Of a stretch of DNA of 64,000 bases, positions 9,513-19,832 are shown piece after piece; the first letter of the stretch is position 1, and each line of letters opens with the position of its first letter. Location: positions 186,001-250,000 of IMG/VR virus record IMGVR_UViG_3300011113_000805; one strand, given 5' to 3'. Under the pieces are notes generated by a model that saw only the letters and a list, made by a program, of their open reading frames with translations, was not told the DNA's origin and ran no database searches. The position numbers and the translations under genes are program-made.

Positions 9513-10127
9513 TTAGATGTCATCATCGTTTTTGCTTTCGTGCTGTTCTAGCATCTCCAACATGGAGATCGAGTGCTCAACAGTTTCAATTGCCCAAGTT
9601 TTTTTGGCAATGTTCGTACGATATGATTTTAGGAGTTTTTCAAATTTCTCCATATGCCGCTTATTGAACGCAATCGCCTTAGGCCATCCACCAACTCCAA
9701 CACGAGCAAGATGAATCGTGTCATGTGCCCGAGAGCCTAACATTGTTTGTGCGAACATCGTTGCCGTTACAATGTTAGGTGCAGATACCCAACCAAGCGT
9801 CTCAAATAGAGAGACATTTTCAGTCGTATCTACTGGATACGAATTGCCGGCAATGTGCGGATACTTTTCGTTACGGGAAGCTACGTACATATCCCATGTA
9901 ACCTTCCACACTGAATTAGGAATATAGTCATGGGGGTCAGGCTTAAGTGTATTACAAACCTGTTTCCAAATAACGTTAACCCGACGTGTAATGCCAGTTG
10001 GCTGCAATGTTGGCCAACATTTTTCAGCCTGAGCTTTTACAATATCTTTGCTGATTAGGTTATTCTCGTGCAACTCAGCATAGCTGACTGGTCGCTTCTT
10101 CAGGATTTTTTCAAGAATGTTTTCCAT
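9513..10127 (-). CDS. Hypothetical protein with a C-terminal coiled coil
   Basis: 204-aa ORF with RBS. Confidence 0.65.
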   Translation of the reverse strand: MENILEKILKKRPVSYAELHENNLISKDIVKAQAEKCWPTLQPTGITRRVNVIWKQVCNTLKPDPHDYIPNSVWKVTWDMYVASRNEKYPHIAGNSYPVDTTENVSLFETLGWVSAPNIVTATMFAQTMLGSRAHDTIHLARVGVGGWPKAIAFNKRHMEKFEKLLKSYRTNIAKKTWAIETVEHSISMLEMLEQHESKNDDDI

Positions 10128-10323
10128 TATTACACCTATTTACTACCAAAGAAAGCTGTTATCGGCAAAACTAGAAACAATCCTACCATCCACCAAAAAA
10201 TCATACTAGTTTCATTAACAGGGCTATTCAACATATCGATGATATGTTTCATCATCATGATGATCTCCATAATGATCTATTATTATGGTTTTTGACAGCT
10301 GAACACTAGTTTTTGTCAAATAC

Positions 10324-10599
10324 TTACAAAATTTTTAGACCATCAGGTTTCATACGAAAGTTACGAACATATCCACCTGATAAAACTTCGAAACTTAGTA
10401 AGTCATCATGCGGGCTACATATTTGAGTCCCTGCCGCTAAACCACCAGCTCTCCAATCGCAGCATTTTAGAACTATGACAGTAGTTCCTGCAGAAATGAC
10501 TATTTCTGCAGAGCCATATAGGTGTACATCATACAGAATACTAAATACTTCACCCCTCTTAGAGTTGAAGTATTGAATCCATTCCGTGTTTGTTCTCAT
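10324..10599 (-). CDS. Hypothetical protein
   Basis: ORF on the coding strand. Confidence 0.5.
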   Translation of the reverse strand: MRTNTEWIQYFNSKRGEVFSILYDVHLYGSAEIVISAGTTVIVLKCCDWRAGGLAAGTQICSPHDDLLSFEVLSGGYVRNFRMKPDGLKIL

Positions 10600-10636
10600 A
10601 ATTCATTATACATGAGAAACCAGAGATTGATAAGTG

Positions 10637-12022
10637 TTAGTGGCCCATTAAGTGACGCAAAAGTGTTTGCGTCTCTATGGCGAGATTTTTGCGAAGTTGT
10701 TTTGATTCATTAACGACTATAACTTTTGAAAAGTTCTTTCCTTTATGCCACTGAACATACTTGTTGTCTGTGAATCGAAGCTCGACCCTTAGCACGTCTT
10801 CAAAAAGACCATTAGAATTTTGCAGATCTACAAAATAAGCTATACCAAAATTTTTCCCTTCACGTAAAATGACTTTTGAAGAGTCATTTCCATCAGGAAG
10901 GGTTACATTTGGAATATTCTTTCTGTTAAATTGCACAATTGCATACGAAGCAGCACCATCGATAATTCCAAGCCATTCACGTGCCTCAAAAAGGAGTGAA
11001 TTTTCCCAATCCGGATTTTGAGCCATCTTTTCATGCACGGTCACCAATGAAGGTTCAATAGGTGCTCTTCCTTTGATTGGGTTCTTGTCTCTTCTCCAAG
11101 TAATACCGGTATCAGGTTCACGTGAGACAGATTTGAAAATTTCACTCGAGGACTTCAGGCCATTGTTGATTTTCAATCGAGAACCACCCAATCTTTTTGT
11201 GTCACCCCACTTGACAGAAATGTCAACCTTTTCTCCATTTGAAAGAATTGCAATCATGTCAACAACACCACTTCCACCAGCAGGTGGATTTCCTGTGACA
11301 TTTGCACCCTCAAGTGCACCTAAATTGCTGGTTAAATTACTTGTCATGACTCTAATTGCATTAATGAAAATTTCACGATCATTAATTCTAGAGTTTGCCC
11401 ATGCATCGGAAATACGTGTATCTTTAACAAAAAGTTTCTCATCTTCCAAAGATGATGAAACAAATTCATCAAATCCTTCATTACGACCTGTGGGGGTTTG
11501 CTCACCACCTAAAGAAAACCAAACCGCCCACTCAGCGGCATATCCCATCATTTTGTCGCTGGTTAGTGTGCTTTTCCCACCTTTTCCTAAGATTGGAATA
11601 AATGGTACAACATACATTCCTGATGTCAAATCAGGATGTTGTGTGATCGTGATAAGAAGAGACTCATATTTTCCAGATCCTACACCAGATTTTGGCGCAG
11701 GATTAGTTCCATCCCATTTTTGAATCTCGATTCCTGGGTTTTTTGCAGCATCTTTAAGGCCGGAAAAAGTCTCTTCGAATGTATCCCATGCTGAGACTTT
11801 TCCTATTTGAACCGGTGATCCAGGACTAAGGTCTGTCTGTAGTCTTCCTCTATTTGCTGTAACAGGAACGACAATGCCACCTGAAAGTTCTGATAGTTTT
11901 AATACCACCTCTCTGTGTTGCTTGGTTCCTTCAGCATAAACTTTAAAGCCCTGACTATTGGGGTTTATTGAAGACTCATTAAGCTGCTTTAAAAGGATCC
12001 GGCAAAGCTCGATTTCTTTCAT
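10637..12022 (-). CDS. Putative PD-(D/E)XK restriction-endonuclease-like protein
   Basis: GYAAE...VDM.....DISVK catalytic-like motif; leader-like L-N-E|S at the N-terminus. Confidence 0.5.
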   Translation of the reverse strand: MKEIELCRILLKQLNESSINPNSQGFKVYAEGTKQHREVVLKLSELSGGIVVPVTANRGRLQTDLSPGSPVQIGKVSAWDTFEETFSGLKDAAKNPGIEIQKWDGTNPAPKSGVGSGKYESLLITITQHPDLTSGMYVVPFIPILGKGGKSTLTSDKMMGYAAEWAVWFSLGGEQTPTGRNEGFDEFVSSSLEDEKLFVKDTRISDAWANSRINDREIFINAIRVMTSNLTSNLGALEGANVTGNPPAGGSGVVDMIAILSNGEKVDISVKWGDTKRLGGSRLKINNGLKSSSEIFKSVSREPDTGITWRRDKNPIKGRAPIEPSLVTVHEKMAQNPDWENSLLFEAREWLGIIDGAASYAIVQFNRKNIPNVTLPDGNDSSKVILREGKNFGIAYFVDLQNSNGLFEDVLRVELRFTDNKYVQWHKGKNFSKVIVVNESKQLRKNLAIETQTLLRHLMGH

Positions 12023-12093
12023 CTTGTTATCCTAACATATTTGCTAATTATGCATTACCGTAACATACAACAAGCGTGCACCTTAAAATGATC

Positions 12094-12197
12094 TTCCTGT
12101 TGTTCCTGATTAAATCATGTGATATCAGGAACAACAGGAAATAGGTATATCCATTGCTTTGCCACAATTCCCTGATAACAACGTTGTTATCAGGGAA
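12094..12197. repeat. Twin inverted repeats (17-bp stem and a 30-bp perfect palindrome)
   Basis: ttcctgttgttcctgat/atcaggaacaacaggaa at 12094-12140 and ttccctgataacaacgttgttatcagggaa at 12168-12197. Confidence 0.8.
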
Positions 12198-12199
12198 CC

Positions 12200-12577
12200 T
12201 TATCTGTCGTTTCGTCTTGCTGCCTTATATGCTTGACGTGCAGCAGTCTGCAATGATTCTGCATAACCATCATCAGATCCGCCATAAACATCGTCAATTA
12301 GAACCCACCCAAACTTCCATGGCTTGCTGGCAGAATCCATTCTTGCTTCATCTGCATATGCATTGTCACCATTAATGTCAAACACAACTGCAGTTGAGTC
12401 CAATCCAATTTGATTAAAATCTATTCTCCACACTTTGTCATCAGTGCTATCATATTCCAGGGTTACTTCACCGATGTTTGGAATATGAACCCTTGTATCT
12501 GCGCTCTCTAATACTAATCTCTTTATTTCATTACGCACAATTTCACGAATCTTTGACTCACTAATGAGAACAGACAT
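12200..12577 (-). CDS. Leader-bearing hypothetical protein
   Basis: MSVLISESKIREIVRNEIKRLVLES. Confidence 0.7.
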   Translation of the reverse strand: MSVLISESKIREIVRNEIKRLVLESADTRVHIPNIGEVTLEYDSTDDKVWRIDFNQIGLDSTAVVFDINGDNAYADEARMDSASKPWKFGWVLIDDVYGGSDDGYAESLQTAARQAYKAARRNDR

Positions 12578-12605
12578 TTTATGTCTCCTTTCATGCTATA
12601 TAGAC

Positions 12606-13892
12606 TTAACAAGCCTTAATTTCTTCACGAATAAGCAACCGAAGAAGATTCACGGCATTTCGACCCTCAGCAACAGGAGGCGGTTTTGAGCTTCCTTTAC
12701 CGTACTTAAAGATCCCTAGGATCATGTTTGCTGCCGCAAAGCTTCCTGTGAATTTATAAGCATTTCCCTTATAAATAAAGACAACTCCCTCCACAGGTGT
12801 TGTCACGTTATCAACAGATCCTAACTTTTCAAGTTGAGACTGAAGAAAACTCATCGATCCAGCATCACCGGCTGCTCTAATATTTGCGATTGCATTACTG
12901 ACTTCCTGCCGAAGACGAACAACCTCAGCGTCATTGTCATTGATAAGAGTAGACTTAAGTCCTCTTAGAAGTTCAACAGCAAATTCATTGATTGCTAATT
13001 CAATAGGCCTAACACAGGCCTTAAGAATCTTTGGTGACTCCTTGACAAAATTATTGACTCTTGTATAAACCTCAGGTGTCAAATTTTTCTTGATATCCGC
13101 CAAAGAAGGAGCACCTGGCATCTTTACACAACGTGCAATCACCATTTCTTCCATTCGTGGTTGCAGTGCCAATTGACCAATCTCGCGCTTAATGCAAGCA
13201 GCTAAATATTGTGCCATGGTTGCTGAGTCATCTAATCCTGTAGAAGACAGTGATTGATCAATTACCGATGTTACCCTATCTAGGATCCTACCATCAGAGA
13301 TGGCACGAAGCCTGGCAATTGCAGGTCCCTTTACCTGCCAAGATTTATCAGATACTGTGTCCTGCATCTGATTTACATAGCCATCAAGAATATCAACACT
13401 TCCATCAGCATCCGGGCCTGCCTCTACTTCACCACCGGAAACATTAAAAACAGGCCAACCGTGAAAGACCAAGGTGTTCTTGTCATAGTTAATGACATTA
13501 GGATTTTTCGTGTAAATGACTTCCATAGAGAACCATCGATCTCCGGATGGGCCAAAAATTCTCGTCCGTTTCTCAGGTGGGATTACACGAAGTGCCTTGG
13601 AAAGAATGCTGAATGCTGAGTCGAAAGCATCCTTAATATTGCCACGACCTTCAAATTTTGCTGCCAATTCCTCAGCATTCATTCCGCCACGTTTAATGTC
13701 ACCACCCGCTCGAGCAACTTTCACATTGCCTTGCTGCTCATCCCAGGTGAAAACAAGGTTCATGCCATCAAGCTTTTCTGTTGCAGATGTCAGTTTTCCT
13801 GACGCAGCGGCAGACAGAATGTCTTTCATCTCCCAAAAGTGAAGATCAGGATTATCATACAAATGCATCAAGTGACCAACTGCACCGCCCAT
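12606..13892 (-). CDS. Ligase-superfamily nucleotidyltransferase-like phage protein
   Basis: TEKLDG (motif I), EGVVF, YKFTG; leader-like segment at the C-terminus (LLRLLIREEI). Confidence 0.6.
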   Translation of the reverse strand: MGGAVGHLMHLYDNPDLHFWEMKDILSAAASGKLTSATEKLDGMNLVFTWDEQQGNVKVARAGGDIKRGGMNAEELAAKFEGRGNIKDAFDSAFSILSKALRVIPPEKRTRIFGPSGDRWFSMEVIYTKNPNVINYDKNTLVFHGWPVFNVSGGEVEAGPDADGSVDILDGYVNQMQDTVSDKSWQVKGPAIARLRAISDGRILDRVTSVIDQSLSSTGLDDSATMAQYLAACIKREIGQLALQPRMEEMVIARCVKMPGAPSLADIKKNLTPEVYTRVNNFVKESPKILKACVRPIELAINEFAVELLRGLKSTLINDNDAEVVRLRQEVSNAIANIRAAGDAGSMSFLQSQLEKLGSVDNVTTPVEGVVFIYKGNAYKFTGSFAAANMILGIFKYGKGSSKPPPVAEGRNAVNLLRLLIREEIKAC

Positions 13893-13941
13893 TTACCTTT
13901 ACCCTCCAAAATTATATCACGTGATTTACAAATTTCAATAC

Positions 13942-14442
13942 TTAATTTTTCTGCTTAACCAACTGAGTTCCACCATAATTTTTCTTGAGCCAATTATTTA
14001 ACTGCACATCAGCGTCAGGTAAAGTGGCATCATCAGGAAGTGATTCAATATCTTTGCCAAGGTCAATGAGAAACTTGTCCTCAACACCGTTGTCTAAGAT
14101 ATCAGAAACATCTGGATCAATTGTAAGAAAGTCCCAAAGCGGACTAGATTCTTTCTCTTTTGGTTTTAGATTTTTTACAATATCAAGGAGATCCTTAATT
14201 TCTGCACCGGCTTCAATTGCATCACTTACAAATGAGGCACCTGGGATAAGAGATAGGGCACCTTTAAGACCTAGAACACCTAACTTTTTTGCCGCATGGG
14301 CACCGGTATCTTTAAGTTTCTTACCTCTAGCGGCACGAAGCTGATTGCGAAGTTCTCCCACTTGGATGTCTTCCTGCATTATTCGCAAAGCTTCATCACG
14401 AATTACCTTACGTAGAGCTGCCTCTGTGATTCTCATAGTCAT
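13942..14442 (-). CDS. Leader-bearing hypothetical protein
   Basis: MTMRITEAALRKVIRDEALRIMQED. Confidence 0.7.
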   Translation of the reverse strand: MTMRITEAALRKVIRDEALRIMQEDIQVGELRNQLRAARGKKLKDTGAHAAKKLGVLGLKGALSLIPGASFVSDAIEAGAEIKDLLDIVKNLKPKEKESSPLWDFLTIDPDVSDILDNGVEDKFLIDLGKDIESLPDDATLPDADVQLNNWLKKNYGGTQLVKQKN

Positions 14443-15059
14443 AACCCCTTTGGCATGTCGCTGCCGGCCTTAATCATTCCAAGATCCCTTAGCTTAATTA
14501 TGACCGAGGGATTGTTTTTTAAGTATCGTTTGGAGAGAGGCGAATCTTCCCAGGCAACATCAGCATCGTATTCAGCTGAATCTTGCTGACAGTTATCTTC
14601 ATCGGTATCAGGTGTCAGCTCATTTTGTAAGTTGTCAAGCTGACGCTTTTCGATATCACTCCTGCCGGCATATTTTTGCCAGACATGACGAGCTCTTTGT
14701 GACACTTCAGCCCGGTCTGACATGAGACCACCACCCTCAAGTGTCGCAATCTCCATTGCAATGTCGTAGAGGAGAGGACCAAGTTTAGGAATCTCCGAGA
14801 GTGACCAAGTGACTTCCCAGGCATCATTGCACACACCCTGCTTCTTAGTAGTTTTAGCAATGTTTATGATGGCTTGGCTGTATGTGCCATGAGTTTTCAT
14901 GTTGGCTATGATTGACCATTGTGGACGGGAACTAGTGCCAGATGATTTCATTATTCTAAACTCGATACCCATTTCCTGAGCTAGCTCAGGTGTCACAGCG
15001 GTCTCTCGAAGGAGCTCACGTCTTACCATGCGGCGAAGTCTTGTCTCTGTGATTCTCAT
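14439..15059 (-). CDS. Leader-bearing GNAT-like acetyltransferase
   Basis: MRITETRLRRMVRRELLRET; LGPLLYDIAME...GLMSDR..VS..A..VW. Confidence 0.65.
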   Translation of the reverse strand: MRITETRLRRMVRRELLRETAVTPELAQEMGIEFRIMKSSGTSSRPQWSIIANMKTHGTYSQAIINIAKTTKKQGVCNDAWEVTWSLSEIPKLGPLLYDIAMEIATLEGGGLMSDRAEVSQRARHVWQKYAGRSDIEKRQLDNLQNELTPDTDEDNCQQDSAEYDADVAWEDSPLSKRYLKNNPSVIIKLRDLGMIKAGSDMPKGL

Positions 15060-15205
15060 ATGACGAAATCTTCCCCTGCAGCTTGTATGTATGCCAGGTG
15101 AGATAAAACGTGTAATGAAAATTGACAATGGGGGATTATAATCCCCCACGTCATAAATCAGAGACTTAGGCTTGTATGCTTTGTCCCGTTATGAGCTCTT
15201 GTGCC

Positions 15206-15460
15206 TCAAAGATATTCCGGGCCGGCGACATCATTGAGGTAACCCTCACACCATCCACGGACTTCATCCTGCATCATGGCACAAGCATCTTCAGGATCGA
15301 TCCCTGCCATTGTCATCTGATCCATGTATTCTTCCATTGCATTGGACAGTGCCTCAGTCGCGGCTGCCTGGGATTCATTGAGCCGACGTCCTCTCCGGAA
15401 CTTTCCTGCTTCTTCACGAACAATACGACGAAGTGTCGCCTCAGTAAGCTTAACGGCCAT
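15206..15460 (-). CDS. Leader-bearing small acidic protein
   Basis: MAVKLTEATLRRIVREE...LNES. Confidence 0.7.
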   Translation of the reverse strand: MAVKLTEATLRRIVREEAGKFRRGRRLNESQAAATEALSNAMEEYMDQMTMAGIDPEDACAMMQDEVRGWCEGYLNDVAGPEYL

Positions 15461-15620
15461 TGTATCTCCTTTGGGGGTCTATATGTTGCCCCAGTTTCTA
15501 TCTATGCAGCACCCGTAGGAAAGGGCTCAAAAGACCCAAAACTATCCGAGCGCTTGTTGCAAGTGGTGCTTAACAGCTACAGCACCTACTCACGTCTGCT
15601 CGGATAGTTGATCCCTATCG

Positions 15621-16220
15621 TCAAATCCCGGGTGGCATATCACTGTCGGCAGTGAGCTGACCAGAATTTTTGAGCTGGATTAATGCAGAGGGACTCCTTA
15701 TTATGTATCGGTACCGGTATATACTATCCTTCTCCCAAGGATTGTTCTTGAGCGTGATCTTTTGGGCACCACTTTCACCACTCATAAACAGACGCCAAAG
15801 ATCCTCATCATAGACATCATCGGCATATAAGCCGTGTTCCGCAACGGCTCCTTTACCTACAAGCGATGCAATTTCGATTCCAAGCGTCCAGAGGAAGACC
15901 CTTAGAGAATGTGGTGCATCGTCATATCCCATGCTCCTAATCTCCCAGGCACCATCAAGGCCCGCAGTATCTGCACTACTGTTATCGATAATGATACCGG
16001 CTACCATATGAGCACCTAGATGATCGGCGCGCGGGGTCCCGTTGTATACCCTCACGTCATAGTATCCCGGCCACTTTGTAAAATATTTGATTCGGAATAT
16101 GTAATTACCCGGCACACCCGCCCCGGTTGTGCTGCCACCTGGCAGCTGCTCGCCTGCCTCTCGAAGGATTTCGCTTCTTACCATACGACGAAGTACTGCC
16201 TCAGTAAGTTTAACTGTCAT
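15621..16220 (-). CDS. Leader-bearing divergent GNAT-like protein
   Basis: MTVKLTEAVLRRMVRSEILREA; GAWEI...EIA...LW; C-terminus resembles the 14439 protein. Confidence 0.55.
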   Translation of the reverse strand: MTVKLTEAVLRRMVRSEILREAGEQLPGGSTTGAGVPGNYIFRIKYFTKWPGYYDVRVYNGTPRADHLGAHMVAGIIIDNSSADTAGLDGAWEIRSMGYDDAPHSLRVFLWTLGIEIASLVGKGAVAEHGLYADDVYDEDLWRLFMSGESGAQKITLKNNPWEKDSIYRYRYIIRSPSALIQLKNSGQLTADSDMPPGI

Positions 16221-16311
16221 TTTGCCTCCCTTAAGGGCCCATATGTTGGCCTAGTCTTATATCTATGCAGTCACCGGCTGTGGTGATCCCAAAAGACCCA
16301 AAACTACATTG

Positions 16312-16629
16312 TCACCACGTGCCTTGCCTGGGCATCCACTGATCAATGAATCCGTGCTCGTCGATATCAAGACTAGGATGATTTTGTACGGCTTTGATTA
16401 CGTCATGTGGAGAAACTTTCTTTCCGATTTTCGGAGTCAGAAAATCTGCCATACTTTCAGGAGTCCATGGACCAGGATCCCCTTCCATTAATTCGTCTAG
16501 AATCATTCCACCAATTTCACCGGTGAATGTGTCATATCCTTCATTACCATATGATGGATCAGCATATGCCTCCTTTAGAATTTCCTGCCTAACAATCTTT
16601 CTTAGATGTGACTCTGTGATTCTCGTCAT
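16312..16629 (-). CDS. Leader-bearing hypothetical protein
   Basis: MTRITESHLRKIVRQEILKEA. Confidence 0.7.
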   Translation of the reverse strand: MTRITESHLRKIVRQEILKEAYADPSYGNEGYDTFTGEIGGMILDELMEGDPGPWTPESMADFLTPKIGKKVSPHDVIKAVQNHPSLDIDEHGFIDQWMPRQGTW

Positions 16630-16961
16630 GCCTCCTTTACTACTAGTGGATCAGCAGAAGTGCCCCAGCAAAAGAGCCCCTTATGGTAATAAGCTTCCCA
16701 TTGTTCCCCATTCTCGCTGTCGCGGAACAATAGAACTGTCTGCTGGGCTGGAACGCCTATCCTGGCTTCCTCACCAGATTCAGTGAACCAGCCAACAAAT
16801 TCGTTAACTCCCGTCATTCCTGAGACATGGTATTTGTTTCCAATCTCCAGGTGCACAAAATTCCGTGTGTTGACTTCTTCTTCCACTTCACCTGTTGATT
16901 CATGCAGCTTTCGAATCTCGTTGCGTACGATTCTACGAAGTTGTGACTCTGTGATTCTCAT
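16626..16961 (-). CDS. Leader-bearing hypothetical protein
   Basis: MRITESQLRRIVRNEIRKLHES. Confidence 0.7.
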   Translation of the reverse strand: MRITESQLRRIVRNEIRKLHESTGEVEEEVNTRNFVHLEIGNKYHVSGMTGVNEFVGWFTESGEEARIGVPAQQTVLLFRDSENGEQWEAYYHKGLFCWGTSADPLVVKEA

Positions 16962-17341
16962 TTAGCTCTCCTATGCAAGCTTGCAATGTGTCCTAGTCTC
17001 TATCTATACTCTTCGCGTGATTCTGTCGGTATCATGGAGAAATATGACTAAAAAAGCCCGGGTTTTATTTTTCAGCATGACCCTCCCCACCCAGGCGCGC
17101 GCGGAGGAAAATTGGGTTGCGGCAAGGAGAGAGGGCACTTTCGGATTTGGAGTGTACACTGGTAACACGGGTAAACGGTTTTGGGTCGGCGGGAAGGTAC
17201 TCGGGAAAAAATTTTACTTGCCTTAGGCCCAGAAGACCCACCCGGGAGCCACTGAATATAGCCCCCAGAGATAGCCCTCAGAAGGGCCCTCGGAAGGGCC
17301 CCCAAAATGGGCCCCTTAGACCGGCCCCGGGGAGAGCCCTG

Positions 17342-17584
17342 TCAGCCGGTCCTGCCAGAACCGCCGGCCCCATTTATCCTTCGGGCGACAGTATCCGTTG
17401 CAACGGCCATTGTGACGGCTAGCCAAACTAGCAATACAAATCCTAGCATCCCCAGCAAGGCACCCAACACCGGAAGAAACCCCTTCACCACCCCAGGCGA
17501 AATGAGATAAATGAGGGTCTCCCAAAACTGGGCAACAAAATCATTCCAAGAAGCAGCAAGAATCATCACTTTCCGTTCCTCCAA
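17342..17584 (-). CDS. Small membrane protein
   Basis: Long hydrophobic helix. Confidence 0.5.
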   Translation of the reverse strand: MEERKVMILAASWNDFVAQFWETLIYLISPGVVKGFLPVLGALLGMLGFVLLVWLAVTMAVATDTVARRINGAGGSGRTG

Positions 17585-17844
17585 CCGCTCACCAGATTCT
17601 TCAGTCCCTCTTGCAGGTCGGAGGCGTTCTCCATAACCTGAGACTTTGCTTTCAGGTCAAGAAGTTCGGTCTCCTGATCGGCACTCAGAACTTTGCACGC
17701 CTGCAAAAAGTTCTGCACGAGACGGAAGGCCTCCCGATTCTTCTTTTTGAGTGCGGAAAGCTCCTTGGAAACCCTCTCAGGGGGATATTCGTTATAATCG
17801 ATTCCGTCGAAACCTTGCCAATCGTACGATTCGAAATCCGTCAT
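17566..17844 (-). CDS. Hypothetical protein
   Basis: GGAG RBS, downstream of the class B promoter at 17891. Confidence 0.6.
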   Translation of the reverse strand: MTDFESYDWQGFDGIDYNEYPPERVSKELSALKKKNREAFRLVQNFLQACKVLSADQETELLDLKAKSQVMENASDLQEGLKNLVSGWRNGK

Positions 17845-17953
17845 CGTCACTCCATCTTGGTTCCCTAGGGAATGTCTCCCCAACATGAAGAACATAATCA
17901 CTTTTGGGTCAACCGGACAGGTACCGGGAGCACATTTTGAACTTATTTTCTGA

Positions 17954-18469
17954 TCAAGAACCAGATCGAATGTGACTCAGAAACCATGTCGACAAGGCTT
18001 CCTTGGCATCTAAATATTCTGGAAGGTACACTAAATTGTCGACCAATTGACTAGCTGTGATCTTGGCATTCTCCGGCTTCATTGTCCCAATGAGCAAATT
18101 GCGGATTTTCACCTGGAGCCTGGAGCCTGTAATAGAGCATGCTCCCCGTTCGGGCATGTCCAGGATCCACGCGGCAGAGATGCTCCCGGGATCTTCTACC
18201 CATTGATCGATGAGGGCCAAGTCGTTGCGAGCCTCAGCATCCAACGGAATGCCTGCGCAGCCGGTGTGGGTACATACACATTCAGTCATGATCTTATCAA
18301 TGCACCAGCGTCCAATGAGCACAATGTCACGATGTGTGACGATGCCGACATGGGCTCCCTCGGGGTCGAAGAGCACATGACCCGGCCGAGCAAGTCCACC
18401 CAAGGCGAGCCTCGTCGATGGAAACTTATCGCCCGTTTCCAGGTTGATGAAATAGTAATCGGTGTGCAT
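17954..18469 (-). CDS. Divergent member of the Imm5-like cassette family
   Basis: HVGIVTHRDIV...RWC...LIDQW.ED...W..SHIRSG. Confidence 0.7.
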   Translation of the reverse strand: MHTDYYFINLETGDKFPSTRLALGGLARPGHVLFDPEGAHVGIVTHRDIVLIGRWCIDKIMTECVCTHTGCAGIPLDAEARNDLALIDQWVEDPGSISAAWILDMPERGACSITGSRLQVKIRNLLIGTMKPENAKITASQLVDNLVYLPEYLDAKEALSTWFLSHIRSGS

Positions 18470-18474
18470 CTGTC

Positions 18475-18518
18475 CTCCGTATATGATCTGTTATTATGCC
18501 GGCAGTGCTTTGTACAGG
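18475..18518 (-). promoter_or_regulatory. Class A junction element (promoter + RBS)
   Basis: Minus strand CCTGTACA-N17-TAACAGATC...ACGGAG. Confidence 0.65.
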
Positions 18519-18537
18519 TCACCGTTGCAAATAGTTG

Positions 18538-18831
18538 CTAATTTTTTGATGTGTCTCGTTCAATGAAAGTAACGTCTTCCTCAACGATGCATATCCACTG
18601 AGGAGTTCCGTTGATGAGAAGATGAGCGTAACGCCGCGACATCGTACGGATGTGGGCCATTCTGGTCCAGGCATTCCAGAAGATATCTCGGCCTCGGCCA
18701 GTATATGCGGCATCCAACAGAAGACAGATACGATCTGTCTCATTGTCCCAGCCTCGATCACGCCAATAAAGCATGCCCCTGAGCAGGATGAGCTCACCAA
18801 TATGGTCGTTGAGGCGACTAATGAAAGTCAT
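18538..18831 (-). CDS. SH3-like protein, W..RGWD subfamily
   Basis: LYW..RGWD...RICLLLD...HLLING.P.W. Confidence 0.7.
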   Translation of the reverse strand: MTFISRLNDHIGELILLRGMLYWRDRGWDNETDRICLLLDAAYTGRGRDIFWNAWTRMAHIRTMSRRYAHLLINGTPQWICIVEEDVTFIERDTSKN

Positions 18832-19112
18832 TCAGCGTCTCCATCGATGAGTTCTATGTTATCAAGCTTCAAGCATACCCACCGAGGGATTCCATCAATG
18901 AGAAGATGAGCGTAATAATTGTTGTCTCCACCCGGGGTACTCGCGTCAAAGTCGAAATCGTAACTCGTTTGATCCATATGAAGAACATCCAGCAGCACAC
19001 AGATACGATCTGTCTCATCGTCCCAGCCTCGACCTCCCCACCAGTAAAGCTCGGTATTGAGACGGATGAGGCCGCCGGCGTGGGCCTTGAACCGGTCAAA
19101 CCTGTGGGTCAT
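18828..19112 (-). CDS. SH3-like protein, W..RGWD subfamily
   Basis: Tandem paralogue of its neighbours. Confidence 0.7.
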   Translation of the reverse strand: MTHRFDRFKAHAGGLIRLNTELYWWGGRGWDDETDRICVLLDVLHMDQTSYDFDFDASTPGGDNNYYAHLLIDGIPRWVCLKLDNIELIDGDAE

Positions 19113-19396
19113 TCAGCACCTTCATGGAGGAGCTCGATGTCATCCATGTCATGAATCTGGATCCACCGCGGTGCGTCATAGATGAAGATCTTTGCGTACG
19201 TAAAGGTACGACTGTTCCCGGCTGCGGTCACAGCCTCGACCAGGCCGGGCATGTTGGAGGTCTCCAACAGGAGACAGATCGTATCTGTCTCATTGTCCCA
19301 GCCTCGACCTCCCCACCAGAAGATCTTGACGTTGAGGCGAATAAGACCACCGGCGTGCGCCTTCAGATCTGAAAGGCAGACCGTATTCCGTGCCAT
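19109..19396 (-). CDS. SH3-like protein, W..RGWD subfamily
   Basis: Tandem paralogue of its neighbours. Confidence 0.7.
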   Translation of the reverse strand: MARNTVCLSDLKAHAGGLIRLNVKIFWWGGRGWDNETDTICLLLETSNMPGLVEAVTAAGNSRTFTYAKIFIYDAPRWIQIHDMDDIELLHEGAE

Positions 19397-19447
19397 GAAA
19401 TCTCCGTGATGTGATCTGTTATGGCGCGGCGACGTTAACGTACATGT

Positions 19448-19738
19448 TCAAGCCTTCTCCTTCCCCTCCACAGTCTTGCCAGTGACGGGATTGACATAGG
19501 ACACGTTGAAGTACACCGTGTCCTCATGGGACCATTCGGCGCCAATGATCGTGGCCCGAATGTTGTGACGGCTCCGGATTCCATTGATAGGGTCGATGAG
19601 GTTTCTTTCAATCATCATCGTCTTGCCCAGCAATGGGGCAATCTGCTTCCGAAGGATCTTGTTCCGGGCGTTCTCGAGGTCGACCAGCACCGCGTTGCTG
19701 AATTCGTCGATATCAGTATCAGTGATCAAACTGGACAT
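19448..19738 (-). CDS. Hypothetical protein (class A cassette)
   Basis: Starts MSSLITD after the RBS of the class A element. Confidence 0.65.
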   Translation of the reverse strand: MSSLITDTDIDEFSNAVLVDLENARNKILRKQIAPLLGKTMMIERNLIDPINGIRSRHNIRATIIGAEWSHEDTVYFNVSYVNPVTGKTVEGKEKA

Positions 19739-19744
19739 GTTTCT

Positions 19745-19789
19745 CTCCGTGATGTGATCTGTTATTATAGTGCCGGCACTTTGTACAGG
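19745..19789 (-). promoter_or_regulatory. Class A junction element
   Basis: ctccgtgatgtgatctgttattatagtgccggcactttgtacagg. Confidence 0.7.
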
Positions 19790-19832
19790 CACTTTGTGCA
19801 AAAAGTGCAAAATTTAGGTCACATCACGTGTC

